Assembly: GCA_013239625.1 (NCBI GenBank)
Contig: MU053792.1
Location: 1-64,000 of the forward strand
Length of the DNA: 64,000 bases
Direction of reading: 5' to 3'
Source of the DNA: Lama guanicoe
Taxonomy: Eukaryota
Below are positions 12,481 to 25,525 of this stretch, piece by piece; within the stretch, counting starts at the first letter, position 1; the number at the start of each line of letters is the position of its first letter. The notes below the pieces were generated by a model. It was given only the letters and a program-made list of their open reading frames with translations, had not been told where the DNA came from and ran no database searches. The translations under genes and the position numbers were made by a program.

Positions 12481-13830
12481 ATCTTCACAGATAAACCTTG
12501 ATTAAAGTTGCCATGCAAAGGATATTTCGCACCTCTTTATGAGGATTTAAAATTTGCTGATTAACAAATACAATGATTGATTTCACTCATAGAAATAATT
12601 TAACTTGTTATTCACATTTACTCAAAGACTACTTACCAATCACTTATTATGTGCCAGGCACAGTATTAGTCAGTGGTCCTTCGTGGAGGGCTGGGATATA
12701 GTGAGCATCCTCTCACTTAAGAGTTTGTTCATTGCCCTTATCTATGAATCAGACGTTAGCCTGAGTTTGAACGTGTATTATAAGACTTAACGCTACACAC
12801 TGAAGACAAGAGGAACAAAGCTGCACTTGGGGGCTCCTTCATGCCAGTAAACCACAATGCCATTGCCTTCATTAGCTCTCTCATCTAGCAGACAGTGCCT
12901 GACGTGTAATTCCAACATCTATTTAGTGTGCTTTTTTAATGAATGATAATGAGATCCTATAATGCAGCAAGTGTAACTCATGAATTGGCATCAAATAAAG
13001 CGTTGCAAGCAAACTAAAGGCAAATCTCACCTAGTTAGCTATTCACACCCTGCCCCAGGAATTAAATCAAAAACACTGAATAGACTAACAACTAAAGATT
13101 GTGGGCCAATTGTCTTTTACAGCTGACAGGATGCTTGGCACTACCATGGAAACCAAAAATTATTTAATCATTTATAACTTGCGTTGGTCTTGCAAAATTG
13201 TGCAGAAGAGCTAAAAGGAACACCTATAGGTCATTAAGGGGGAGTATTTTTAGACGACGGTAGCTCTTTGTATTGTCGGATGTTTATCTTGTTTTAAAAA
13301 ATGTATAACTCAAATATATAAATAATTAAAATGCACACTGATGCATTGGCGTAAAAGGTAGCCTTAAATTTTGCATGAGAGTCCATGAAACTGAATACTT
13401 GTCTTATCCTAACATCAACGGTATATTTTCAAAGTATGTCACACACTGACACTCGTGATATTTCTCCACCCCAAAACCTGTTCTTTATTCAGAATTTGGC
13501 TTTCCTGGTTTGTTCTCTTATGCCTCTCAGCTCAAATTAGCCCATTAAGAGATCATTAAGCAAAGATAATTCTATTTCCTAAATAAACCACCAAACTCCC
13601 CGATTTTCTCTATTCATCACGTCACAGCTTCATGTTCTCCTATCTTGTCTCTTACCTGGACAAAGGCGGGAGGCCATGTGTCGGGAGGAGGGGGCAGGAC
13701 AGTGTCAGTAGGGCTGGAATAAGAGATATGAGTGCAGTACTGGTGCAAGTTAAGAGCAGAATTGGAGATCTACTGAGAAGGGTCCTCACTGTAAGATCTT
13801 GGATTTTATCTGGAAATTGATGTGGAATCA

Positions 13831-14349
13831 CTGACTCCATATTAGATCTGTCCCTTTGGCTTTAGCCCTGTGTCCTGTTTTCTAGGCTTAGCCTTGCTGT
13901 TTCTGCACCTTTTGTAAGAGAATGTTGCCTTTAGCCTGAAATATACAGGAATGCCTGTTCTCAAGGCTCTTAACACTTCTGCACTCATATAAAGATAACA
14001 AGTTGCAGAATGGAAAATAATGTTTGTTTCATTGAAGGTTTACAAGGACATCATGATCTGACCCACGTGGACCGCTGCAAGAACAAAGAATTCCTACACC
14101 AAGAAGTTTGCAGCAACTAACCATTCCTACACCAAGAAGTTTGCAGCAACTAACCATACCTCCTCCCCTTTTTAGGATAAAAAGAGTCTGAAGTCTGATT
14201 TGAGTAGTATGATTCTTCAAGACATTAATCTGCCATCCTCTCGGTCTGATGGCTTTCCAAATAAAGTTGTCATTCCTTGCCCCAACACCTCGTCTCCCTA
14301 TTTACTGGCCTGTCATGTGGCGAGCAGAACGAGTTTGGACTCGATAACA
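13831..14349 (+). mobile_element. ERV1-class solo LTR (MER34/MER39/LTR39-like 3' terminus), copy 1 of 3
   Basis: Colinear with the LTRs at 46507-47079 and 49915-50433. AATAAA present; ends ttggactcgataaca. First ~20 bp missing or diverged. Perfect 33-bp internal duplication. Confidence 0.88.
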
Positions 14350-14411
14350 GGAACACAATGATCAGAGAACAAAATTATTTTGGTGGTAAAGGATTGTTTA
14401 GAGGAAAGGCT

Positions 14412-14754
14412 TCGCAGGCAGAAGCACAGTCACTCTAAAACTGCCAACGTTCCAATCCCTGGAACCTGTGAACCTGTGGTAAAAGGTGAAGGAGTCTGTG
14501 ATGACGAGCCTATCTTGGATGATCCAGGAGGCATGGCCAAGGGATATAGGTGGCTTCTAGAAGCTGTTAAAGGTAAAGAAATGGATTTTCCCATAAAGCC
14601 TCCAGGAGAAATGCAGTCAGTCCTATTGACACTTTGATTTTAGCCCAGTGAAATCCATTTTGGACTTCTGACTTCCAGAACTATAAGACAATACATTGGT
14701 TTTATTTTAAGCTACTAAATTTGTGGCAGTTTTGTTACATAGAAAACTAACACA
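14412..14754 (+). mobile_element. MaLR LTR, MLT1C/D-like
   Basis: aatccctggaacctgtgaa...ttctagaagctg...gattttagcccagtgaaatccattttggacttctgacttccagaact...aactaacaca. Confidence 0.85.
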
Positions 14755-15183
14755 GAAGGCAAAAAGAAATAGGAAAGTGGAGACAGCAGTTTCTTGGGGT
14801 TAGCATGACAGTGCATTCCTAACAATCCAGCAGTCCGAAAAACCAGGTTTAGAAGGTAAAGAGAAGATTAAGCATAATGCTTGAATCAGAGTGCCTTAGG
14901 AAAACAGAAGATATTTTACATATTCAAAACATTACGCATTTAGGCTAAAGCATAGATTCTTTACAAGATATTTTTCTTATTTTCTAAGAGGAATGTAAAT
15001 GTGATGAAAAGGCAATTTAGTGTTATTACTATGAGACAATGTATTTGAAATTTAATGATAATCATCTCACTTTCAGAACTTGAGCGATTTCCTCTCATTG
15101 AATCCAACATCACTAATGTTGGCAAAAATCTAGGATAATAATACACTGAAATAATGTTTGCTTTCATTTTAGTTCCCAAATAC

Positions 15184-15244
15184 NNNNNNNNNNNNNNNNN
15201 NNNNNNNNNNNNNNNNNNNNNNNNNNNNNNNNNNNNNNNNNNNN
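15184..15244. other. Assembly gap (N run)
   Basis: N characters. Confidence 1.
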
Positions 15245-18200
15245 ATCTCAGTGATACTGCAAGCTGGAAAAAAAAAACAAAGTAAAGCTGGCAGTTTGTG
15301 GTGGGTAGAGTGGATGGAGAAGGTTTTTATTTTTTATTTTTTTGGGTGTATCCAAAATTGAAATAAAAATATTTCATCATCTGTTAGGGACCTAAAACAA
15401 TTTTACTAGGCAAACCAATTTGCACTTTAGGAAACTTAGACCCAGAAATAATAAACAACTTACAAAGATGATATAGCTAAGTAATGAACCAAGGATAGAA
15501 GGCCTGATGTGCTAATATCAAAGCCTGGTCCTTATTTTTAACGTTCACACCATGCAATTTGCAGCTATATCATTGCTATATCTATTGTTTTGCATTTGTA
15601 AATAACTACCCAAGTGAATAAATATATCTGCTCAGTATCTTAATGGCTGCATGGTATTCAATGTAGTATTAATGACTGTTGAACATTGACTTTTTGGATA
15701 TTTTTTTTCAATGAACAATGCTGCAGTAACCATTCCTTCAACCAAACTTTACATTTCTTTTTATTTACCTTCAATTCCTAGAGAGAGAATCTGAAAATAA
15801 ATTGTATGGTTTAAGGCTTTTCATTAAACAGTACTTACTTCACCTAAAGAAAAGATCTATTTATTATTATAAATAACTATGTAAAATGATTTATTTATTT
15901 ATTATGCCTGTATTTACACTTTTCCTTCAGTAATGATTCTGTAGTAGGGAATTCTTTATAAGTTCTGATAATGATGGTGTGCATTGGTATAGTCACATGT
16001 CTATCTTTTCTCTGGTCATATGGATGCATTTCTGACATAGCTACATGTAGTGGTAGATACAATCTGTGAACATTGAATTTGAAACGAACATTTGAAATCA
16101 AATGAATCAGTGGCGTTTGATATTTCACTAAATTTCACAGAAACCTTAAGTTACAAAGAAGAGAACTTTCTGAAGTTCCCAAGGTAATTATTAAAATGCC
16201 TAACATGTTAAGGTCAGAGCCTACTCAAATTAAGGAGGTGTTAACATGGTCTAAAAATAGTCTAAGTAGAAGTACCGTTGGGTTAAGTTTTCATGTCTTC
16301 TGGGAGCTGCGTCTCATTGATCTAAGTCAGTTCCTCTCTTCTTGTCAGAAAGTTTTTCAGAATGTTCTTTCTCCAGTTTTCCTTTTTCCTTTCTTCCTTA
16401 CAGTTTTGCTTAAGACTTAGACGTTGGAAATGAAAGTATCTGAAAAAAAGACACATATGCCTATTATAATAAATGCATTTTCTCTAATCCTTTCAGTTTT
16501 GTCCTGCATTGCTACAGCTTCTGCCTTTCCATTTTATTTTTAAAAGGTTTTGTGGGTTTCTGATTGGTGCTTTATATAACGCTGTGTATGAAAAACGGAC
16601 TTGTTAAAAAAAAATGAGACTTATGGAGAATGAGTCTCATTTAGGCAGCAGAGTTCAGGGGCCCTGAAATGAACATTCAGATACCTACATTACATTTTAA
16701 CAAAGTGAAATGTGTGACTTTGGAATCGTCAATAACTAGCCTGTGTTATTAGCAGCAGTGTTTTCTGCTTGACCTCGATCTCACCAGAATATCCAGAGCA
16801 CTGTTTCACCCTTAGCAGACACCCAGGGAATGATGATCGACGATGACCTTGATAATGACGAGAATTTGCTGACTGGGCTGGAAGTTGAAGACAGCAACTC
16901 ACAGTCAAATTGCTTACCTACTTCCTTCCCTTTGTCCAAAATAGTCAGTTTTATTTGTCCTTTCTTTCAATACGAAGCATTCGTAATAAAGAGAAAATCT
17001 TAACCAAGCTGCAAAGAACTGAGCAGTTTTATTTCACAATTATCAGAAATATTTTGACCTTATGATGAAATTATTATTCTACTATGTGAATTCTCACTCT
17101 TATTCAGTAGGCCGAATGCAGGTGGCTCCGGTTTGCAAAAATTTTGAAAACAATTTGTTGATTATTCTGCCAGTTTGCTGATGACTCTGGGTTTATTTTA
17201 TTCCTTTGTTCTCTGTTAAGTTTGGGGAATATTGTATAATTGCTACAAATTCATCATGATTATCATTGTTCTGGTATTCTTTAGAATCTGATGACATACT
17301 CTTATCAGTCTTTTTATCCTAACTGTGTGGTTGGAGTGGGGAAAAGTGTAATAAAGCCAGGATTTTAGATCCAGCACACAGTTGATGTTGAATCAATAAA
17401 TAATAAATGTATGAATGAAAGTTCTTGATATTCTGATGGTAGGTAGACCAGTAAAAGAAAAAAAAATTGTAATTTCAAGGTCACAGAAATCAGCCTGAAA
17501 CATCTTACTGAGAAAAACTTTGAGCACATAAAAATGCAAGGCGCAGTGTACTATGAAATCCCATATTTCCACCACACAGCTTTAATGATTATCTATTTGT
17601 AACTGATCCTGCTTCAGCCGTATCCCAACCTGTTTCGGACCCCTTCCCTGGTGATGTACCTGAAGTAAATACTGCTATTTTTCTGAATATTGCTTCTCAA
17701 CAATGAAACCTTGCTATAACATCAAGGAATATATAATAGTTATTAATTGACTCTGATGTATTTACTTTCATGCATAACTTCTATTTCTTCCCCATTCTGA
17801 GTCCAATTCTATAATCTAGCTCTTGTTTCAATGTTTTAATCCTTCCCACTAAATACATAATTTCCCTCTATGGATATCCTGCAGCTTCGAAGTCGTTTAT
17901 GGCAGTTAAAATTGTTCATTTCTCCAAAGTGGCTCCTGTTCTTTATGGTTTTTTTTTTTTTTTGAAACATTTCTACAGTTACTGACATAACATTCACCTT
18001 TGAAATAAACTGCCTGTGTTAACCTTGTCAGATGCTATTTCTTTAGTCAACAAGAGTTTCGTCACTGAACGAGTGGTATAGTCAAGGCCTCTGCTCTGTT
18101 TTTTGTTTTCATTTAGAGAAAACTTTTATTTACAAAAAAAAGCATTCATTTTCCTTAAGAATTAGCAATTCAGACTTTTTCCCCTCAAGAAAATTAAAGA

Positions 18201-18291
18201 ATCTATCTAATGGACATGCTTTTAGGCAGGAATACTACCATTTTATTAAATTAACTGGTTTTAAAAATGATGCAAATGTTAGTCACAATCT

Positions 18292-18480
18292 ATAAAAATA
18301 GATTTTAAAAAGACAAGTTTCTTCTGTATAGCACAGGGAACTATATTTAATATCTTGTAATGACCTTTAATGGAAAAACTATGTATTCAAATATATGTCT
18401 GTTCATGCATGACTGGGACATTGTGCTGTGCACCAGAAATTGACACGTGGTAACTGACTGTACTTCAATAATTTTTTAAA
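18292..18480 (+). mobile_element. 5'-truncated L1 3' end (same family as the 27890-34149 element)
   Basis: Matches 33960-34145 (catgactgggacattgtgctgtgcaccagaaa.tgacac...actga.tgtacttcaat). Confidence 0.9.
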
Positions 18481-18699
18481 AATTATGATTATTTAATTAC
18501 AGAATCAGATCTCACCTATTCCTGCAGATGTCAGTAAGCATGTCTTAGAAATGCTGAGATTAACAGCGTTAGGAATCTGCTTTGTCACTCAGAATATCGA
18601 CAGTAGTTATCATTCGACATCTTTTGTCACTACTTTGCAAAGGCTTTAGATCAAAATAAGCCCATTGTGTGCTGGATCAGGGTCTCCTGACTTTGTTTT

Positions 18700-19297
18700 T
18701 TCTTGCCTTTCAGCATGTCTTACAATATTTTTTTGCCAGTTGGACATCATATATCAGGAAACAGGAGCTGTGGTCAGTAGACGTTCAGTGTGAGATTTTG
18801 CTAATCCTGCTGGTAGTTGGGTCGTGTTTAATTTTTGCCGTGGCTATGCACGTCAGAGGCTCAGCTCCTTCTGGTGTCCTTGTTTTCACCTCATTACTTT
18901 TGGCAAAGAGGAACAAAAGTCTCCTTCCTAAGTAGGCAGAGTCTGTGTCTCGAAGTTCTTTCAACTGAAACCCGCCGTTACTGCACTGAAGCCCCATTGA
19001 TGTTGGGGAGGAGAAGTATTCTTACAATTTTATGATTCAATTTCAGGTTAGTGAGCTTGGGTCCCAGACTGTGCCCTTCGCAAGTGTTAATATTTTTTTT
19101 TCTCCCTGTAGGTGAGACAGGAAGGCTAGACAGGACTGGAGTGGGATAATTGCCCTTCCCCAGGTTGGATGAGGATCTGGTAGTAATTTTCCTTAAAGAG
19201 TTAACCTTTGTTATAGAGAATGCGCTGAGAATATTTCAAAATGGTTAATTTTCTCCTCTTCTTGCCGGAAACTCAAGGGGATTTTTCTTTCTTTTTA

Positions 19298-19329
<32 letters not shown>

Positions 19330-19694
19330 CAATTTTCACCATGAAGATCTGGTGGGGATCCTGGAGGTAATGAATGTGTGATTGTCCCCTCAGACTCAGC
19401 CCCCAGGAGCTTCTCATTCTCATGTGAGCCACATGTAGTCTCTAGCAATTCATCAGAATTACCATGTAACAGTTTGTGGCTCCAGTGGCTTCTGCTTCAG
19501 ATAAACTGATCTTGGCTGGATTCTGTGCACGAGCGCGTCTCCAGATTTTAGGGTTCTGGTTTGTCTTGTGACCTTTATTCTCTGATGAATCTAATACAAC
19601 TTACTTTTACAGTTTGATTAGCTTTTTTTCCTTCTTGAAAGCACAGGAGTGATGAAATCCAGCTCTTTACATAACAAAACTGACGCTAGAAGTC
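18700..19694 (-). mobile_element. Old eutherian L1 (L1MC/L1MD-like) 5' region
   Basis: Resembles the antisense 5' end of old L1M elements (ccagattttaggg...gtgacctttattctctgatgaatct...agaagtc). Contains a poly-T run at ~19299-19329. Confidence 0.6.
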
Positions 19695-19809
19695 CAAAAC
19701 CATCATTTAAACATTTATTATGAACATTTTAGAACACACAAACATTATGAAGACTAGTGTACAGAATCTTTGTATTCCCATCACACAGTCAATCACAAGT
19801 AAAACCATT

Positions 19810-20256
19810 TGTTGTGGCCATTAGATCGTCAGCTGCTACTGCTGCCCCCTGACAGTGAGAGGAGGGAACTCAGGATGCAGACCAGCAGGCAGCCCAAACA
19901 GTGCACCTGCAGGGAACTCAGGACGGGAGAGGACAGGACACTGGCCCTAGATGGCTAGGTACATAGCAAAGGAATGATTTCCAGGAGCCTGGGCCTTTGC
20001 ACCTTCCCAGAGAGAGAAAAGGGCTAAATTCCTTAACTTGAGATATCTGAGTTTCTTCAATCAACAGGAATCTTTCGATGTTCCACCTACCTGGTCTTTG
20101 CTGCAAAAACTCATACGTTCTGGCTTCTACCTTGCCACACTGGAAAGCTTCTTAGAGAAGTCTGAGATGCTGTGTCCTGGGCTCGAGTCCTAAGAAAATT
20201 CACTGAATAAAACCTAACTGTCAGCTTTTAGGCTGTGAATTTCATTTCAGCCGGCA
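19810..20256 (+). mobile_element. ERV1-class solo LTR (cetartiodactyl type)
   Basis: TG start and AATAAA at ~20206. Ends ttcagccggca; I recall the related ruminant LTR end as ttcagtcgaca. No TSD seen. Confidence 0.78.
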
Positions 20257-20400
20257 AGACAAAGAATGGGAACTTGGCGGGTCTGTACATTGCCTTGTCT
20301 TTGTAAAAAAGAAGGTCACCTGCACGTCTTCCTTAAGTCATGTGCGGAAGGGTGACCACGCAGTAAGACGCTTCCCAAAATCAAAAGGGGTAGGGAGTTC

Positions 20401-20542
20401 TTTTTCTTTTTTTTTAAAGTATAGTTAATTTACAATGCTGTGTTAGTTTCTGGTGTATAGCTCAGTGACTCAGTTATAGAATATAATATATATATATATT
20501 CTTTTTCATTGTAGTTATTACAAGATACTGAATAAATTCCTC
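20401..20542 (-). mobile_element. Short L1 3' end
   Basis: Poly-T followed by aagtatagttaatttacaatgctgtgttagtttctggtgtatag, the antisense artiodactyl L1 3' terminus. Confidence 0.85.
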
Positions 20543-22481
20543 ATTGTTTTCCAGGAGCAGAAGACTCAGGTAGAGTTCAACATTATCATAAATTTCCCAT
20601 AAAGTGTTCACTCATGATTTTAGCAGCATTGATGTGTATTTCCTAGATCCATTACTTCATTAAAAGGTGTGCCTCTTGAAAATATCAATCAGTATTTATC
20701 CTATGTGATAGATTCAATGCATTGTCTTCAGTGCATGTGTCATTTTGAGGTAAGTGTTTCTACTCCTCACTATTTAATTTTCCTAGTTTAGAGTTTGCAT
20801 CTATTATGACTTAAATATTATGTAACTCCCAAAATGAACTCAATTTTCTAAGCAATAAACATTAAAGTTCTTCAGAATGTTTGTGTAAAATTCTGATTTT
20901 GAATTAGATACATAAAAGATGGTTTAGAATGTTCATATTGCAATGAGATAAATTAAGGCATGGGAGGTTTTGTGTGTTTGGCGTTTTTGCTGTTTCTTAA
21001 TAGTTATATTTTTAAGAGGCACTGTTACTTGGAAGATTTGAAAAAATAATCCACTTATCTTCCTACATATCTGAAATTTTTCTTATCACTGAAATATATA
21101 AAACTTTTTTAATCCATTACTGCCAAAATTAACTGTTTAATAAAATTAACCTCCATTCTTTCCTATTCCAATGAAAATTGAATTTTATTTTTTCCCTGTA
21201 ATTTCTCTGCAATTTTTTCAGGCACCATCTAAATAATAGCTGGATATATAATATTAGTTTCACATTATGCATGAAGATGGGGAGGTGGCACTTTAAGAGA
21301 ATGTTAGCAAACCATCTAGATATTTAGAAAATTATGAAGCCTTTATCTTGGTGTTCATATTCATCATAATCATCTTAAGGCAATCATACAGTTGATGAGG
21401 AAAATTTACTCTTTATGTTACTATTCACAGCAATAAAAGTAAAGAATGATAGAATTAGGAAATCACCATTTTGCAACCTCTAAGGAATAAATGGATGGAG
21501 ACAATAGTCATGAGTAGCTGAGGACAACATACAAATATGGAAGACCATGGTGGAAGAACACACCACTATCTATGAAGTAGTTTTGTGGCTTGAGATACAT
21601 AGATATAGATTCACTATAGATTAAACATGGATATGGATAAAGACATAGGGACAGATACACAATTTCCCTGTATTTCTACAAATTGGTGCTTAGATTCAGA
21701 GTCTTGAACAGACTTAACCTCTCTCACTCAAAAGTACTTAAATAACCTAAGAATAATATCAATTATTTAATTATGGTGATTGAATTTATTTATTATATGC
21801 TTTTATCTTATGCTGACAAATACAAGTTTAAAATGTACTTTTTTAAGTTGTGTAATAATTGATTTTACCTCAACTGGATAGATCATATATGAACCTAAAC
21901 TTGCAATTGTTTTATGATTAACTCTGTTCATGATCACATTCTGTCATAATTTCAGTTGGCCATCTAGGGTAGACATGTACATATACACTGTATCAAGGAG
22001 TGTCTTTGCTGGAAATGTCAAATACTGGTAATCATGGTATTTAATGTGAACAATGTGTCTTATTCTACTACTCAGTTTGTATGCAAATTATCGCTTATGT
22101 TAATATTAAAGGATAGGGAAGATTGAAGGAAATTGACAAGGAGATTGGAGACTAAAGAAGCCATGTAGCTTTCTCAACATTACTTAATTATGGAGGTACT
22201 AAAATGTAGTTCTGTTTGACTCCCATGCCCCTATTTTTAGTCACAAAGATTAACTTATCCTAAGTGCTAAAGTTAATTTCAGTGACAAGTGACATAAGAG
22301 AACCAACTTGAACATTAAACAAAGTTCTCCTTGCCTTAGCACACAATATGTTTTAAGATGACCTGATTATTTCAAATAATACCTATACACTTACTGTATG
22401 ACTCGGCTCTTCTGTTCCTGCATATTTACCCAAGAGAAATGAAAACATCTTTTCACATCAGAACATGAACAAACCAAAAGC

Positions 22482-22716
22482 TGTATTAGTCCTACTGCAG
22501 TTATAACAAATGACCACAAACTAGTGACTTAAGACCACACTAGTTTATTCTTTAGAGTTCTGCAGGACAGAGTCTAAAATTAAGGGGCTGGCAGGGCTGC
22601 ATTCCTTCTGGAGGCTTCAGGGAAAAATCCACTTCCTTGCCTCTTTCAGCTTCTAGAAGCCACTTCATTCCTACTCACGTTGCTCCTACTACTGCTTCTG
22701 TCATAACATCCCCTCT
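22482..22716 (-). mobile_element. MLT1-type LTR fragment
   Basis: tgtattagt...taacaaatgaccacaaactagtgacttaa...ggcagggctgcattccttctggaggct is the antisense MLT1 3' half. Confidence 0.85.
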
Positions 22717-22754
22717 TAGATCATAGCAATATACTCACAATAGCCAAATTCTTT

Positions 22755-23464
22755 CCTTTATTGATGTATAGTCAGTTATAATGTATCAATTTCTGGTGTA
22801 TAGTGTGACGCCCCAGTTGTGTGTGTGTGTGTATATATATATATATACATATACATATATTCATTTTCATATTCTTTTTCATATATAAAGGTTATTATAA
22901 GATATTAAATATAGTTCCCTGTGCTATACAGAAGAAATTCATTTTTTAATCTATTTTTATATATAGCAGTTATCATTTGCACATCTCAAACCCCCAAATG
23001 TATCCATTCCTACATAGCCATTAGATTGTTTACTACGTCTACAGTATGGAAATTCCTCAAAAGACTAAAAATAGACTTACCATGTGATCCAGCAAACCCA
23101 CTCCTGGGCAAATATCCAAAGAGAACTCTCACTCGAAAAGATACATGCACCCCAATGTTCACAGCAACACTCTTTACAATAGTCAAGACTTGGAAGCAGC
23201 CTAAATGTCCATTGACAGGTGACTGGATAAAGAAGTTGTGAAATAGTTATACAATGGAATACTATTCAGCCATTAAAAAGAATAAAATAATGTCATTTAC
23301 TGCAACATGGATGGACCTGGAGATCATCATTCTAAGTGAAGTAAGCCAGAAAGAGAAAGAAAAATACCATATGATATCACTCCTATGTGGAATCTAAAAA
23401 AAAAGAAAGAAAGAAAAAGAGAAAAGAGAATACTAATGAACTTATCTATAAAAAAAAAAAAAAA
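22755..23464 (-). mobile_element. 5'-inverted, 5'-truncated L1 (twin-priming structure)
   Basis: 22755-23040 is antisense L1 3' UTR. 23041-23464 is sense ORF2 C-terminus plus proximal 3' UTR. Flanked by aaattcttt at 22746-22754 and 23465-23473. Confidence 0.88.
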
Positions 23465-24939
23465 AAATTCTTTTACCAAATATCTATCAGCAATTGAATG
23501 GGTAAACAAATTCTGGTTTATCCACACTGTGGAATACCATTCAGCAATAGATAGAACCACAGTGAGGATAAATCCTGAATACACAACGCTAAGCTACATA
23601 AGCCAAATACAAAAGACAAAAAGGAAATCATTGTTTGCCTAGGACCAGGATTTCAGTGAGGGGATTAACTGCAAATAGACAGAAGAAGTTTTTAGAATGA
23701 TGGACATGGTAGTGTTTACACAACATTATAGAATTTTCACAAGTCAGCAACTGTATACTTAAATCAGATGGGTTTGAATTTGTGTAAATCACATTTCAAT
23801 AAAATTTTCCAGTGACTGGATTTGCTAATGATATAAACCTTGTCAACTTATGAGCAGTGAATTTCACCTTGTCCATGATACAATACACATAGGATTAGTT
23901 AGAAGTCATCAGAAAGTCAAATTCACTAACAGAAATTAAAGTCAGACATTTTTCCTTTTAAAAACCTGAGATGAAGCATTCAAAAGTAGAAAATGTCACC
24001 AATAAAATTTCAAAGCTTCTTAGATAATTTTCTTTTCTTCTCAGCAGCCAAAACACCTAGCCAAGGATAGTGTTCAAACTAGTTCCAGAAAAGTTATACA
24101 AAGGGTTTAAATGAAAACCAAGTCATTATTTTCTATAAAATTTAGCCTGAAGATGATAGAAGCACAGAGAGGAAACCATAAAGTAAAATTTGGTGTGAAT
24201 TCCTCAAGGAAATGAATATCAACAAAAATGACGCTTACTCTTTATAACATCTTCATTTGTTAAAATATTGTTCAAAAATATTGTTTTGATATGAGGGAGT
24301 TAATTTTGTATAGTGCTATAGGCCAAAACATCAAAGAGATTTTTTTCTTAAATTATGATTATTATGATAAGCATAAAATGAACATATATGTCTGACTTTA
24401 CGTAAATTAATAAAGTTTAATTTCTCTCCATTCTTGCCAAAGAAACCACAGAGCAACTTCAATTCATCTTTCTGCAAAATTATCTGAGAAACAGGAGTGA
24501 TTAATTTGTGAGTTATTTACAAATGCTCACTGAAGTACATACACTGCTGACTTACGTGACAACTAGAGGTCTATGAAAAAGACAGTGCTCACTCATCAAA
24601 GGGACATTATCACCATAAAGTAAGTACATTCTGAGTGTCTTAAAACTCAGAGGGTGATATGCATTAAAGGCACCTCATAACCTTAGAACCCTGAGCACCA
24701 ATGGCTAAAACCATCTATTCCGCTCAGGGATGAAACATTACATATATATTATTACCAATTAAATTGCCCTGTGCCGTTCATCAAGCATTGTCTTCAACTC
24801 ATGCTTCAACTCTGCAACCGACCTAAGACTATTTCTTAGACTCTTACCACATGCATGTCCCTCAACTGTATCCTTCCATTGTATCCGGACTGTTATACTG
24901 ACCTCCTGCATACCCATCCCCCCATCCTTAATGGCTCCC

Positions 24940-25525
24940 TTCGACATGCTCCGCTACCAGGAAACATCTAAAACTAAGTCTGGTCATATGACCTCCCACT
25001 TAATTCTTTCCCCTACCTCTTGATGCTTCCAGTTTGAAATTGGAATGTTTTGGCTTGCTTTCAAGAATTCAAATGATCTGGCCCCTTACCCACCTTTCTA
25101 GTCTCATTACCCATCAGCTTTCCTCATGTCTCTACTGCAATAAACACATACAAGTGTGTTACCATTCAGAAATATTAAAATGCTTTCCATAAACACTCCA
25201 ATTTATTGCACATCTTGGATATTTTCTGATCTCTACCTTTGCCTTGTCTTCTTGGTAACTTTTAAAATATTTTTTATACACTCAGCTTAGTGTTGCTTTC
25301 TCCCTGAGGCATTCTCTGACCCAACGTATAAGGACTATTCACTCCTTCTTCTGTGTTATCGCTATATTACTGGAAAAATTATTTTGTATTAATTACTTAC
25401 AAACAATTTACTTTCCTGGTCTTTTTATTTCTATACTGCAATTCTCTTGGGTAGAGGAAGCATTTTATTTATCTTTGCAAACCTGGTGACTGGCACATAG
25501 AAGCTACTTATTGTATGTTGAAATG
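24940..25525 (+). mobile_element. LINE-2 3' region
   Basis: tctggtcatatgacctccc...atgatctggcccctt...tggcacatagaagctact matches the L2 3' end pattern. Confidence 0.65.

Larger units (their letters stand above)
22378..23810 (+). mobile_element. Old L1M 3' region, interrupted by an MLT1 LTR and a younger inverted L1
   Basis: Pieces 22378-22475, 22720-22748 and 23475-23810 read colinearly (tttacccaagagaaatgaaaaca / cacaatagccaaa / ccaaatatctatcagc...aataaaatt). Confidence 0.75.

Noticed and set aside
16830..17003. Acidic mini-ORF MMIDDDLDNDENLL...
   Set aside because: The acidic run comes from a decayed (GAT)n-like tail resembling an L2 3' end. It is under 60 aa with no other support.
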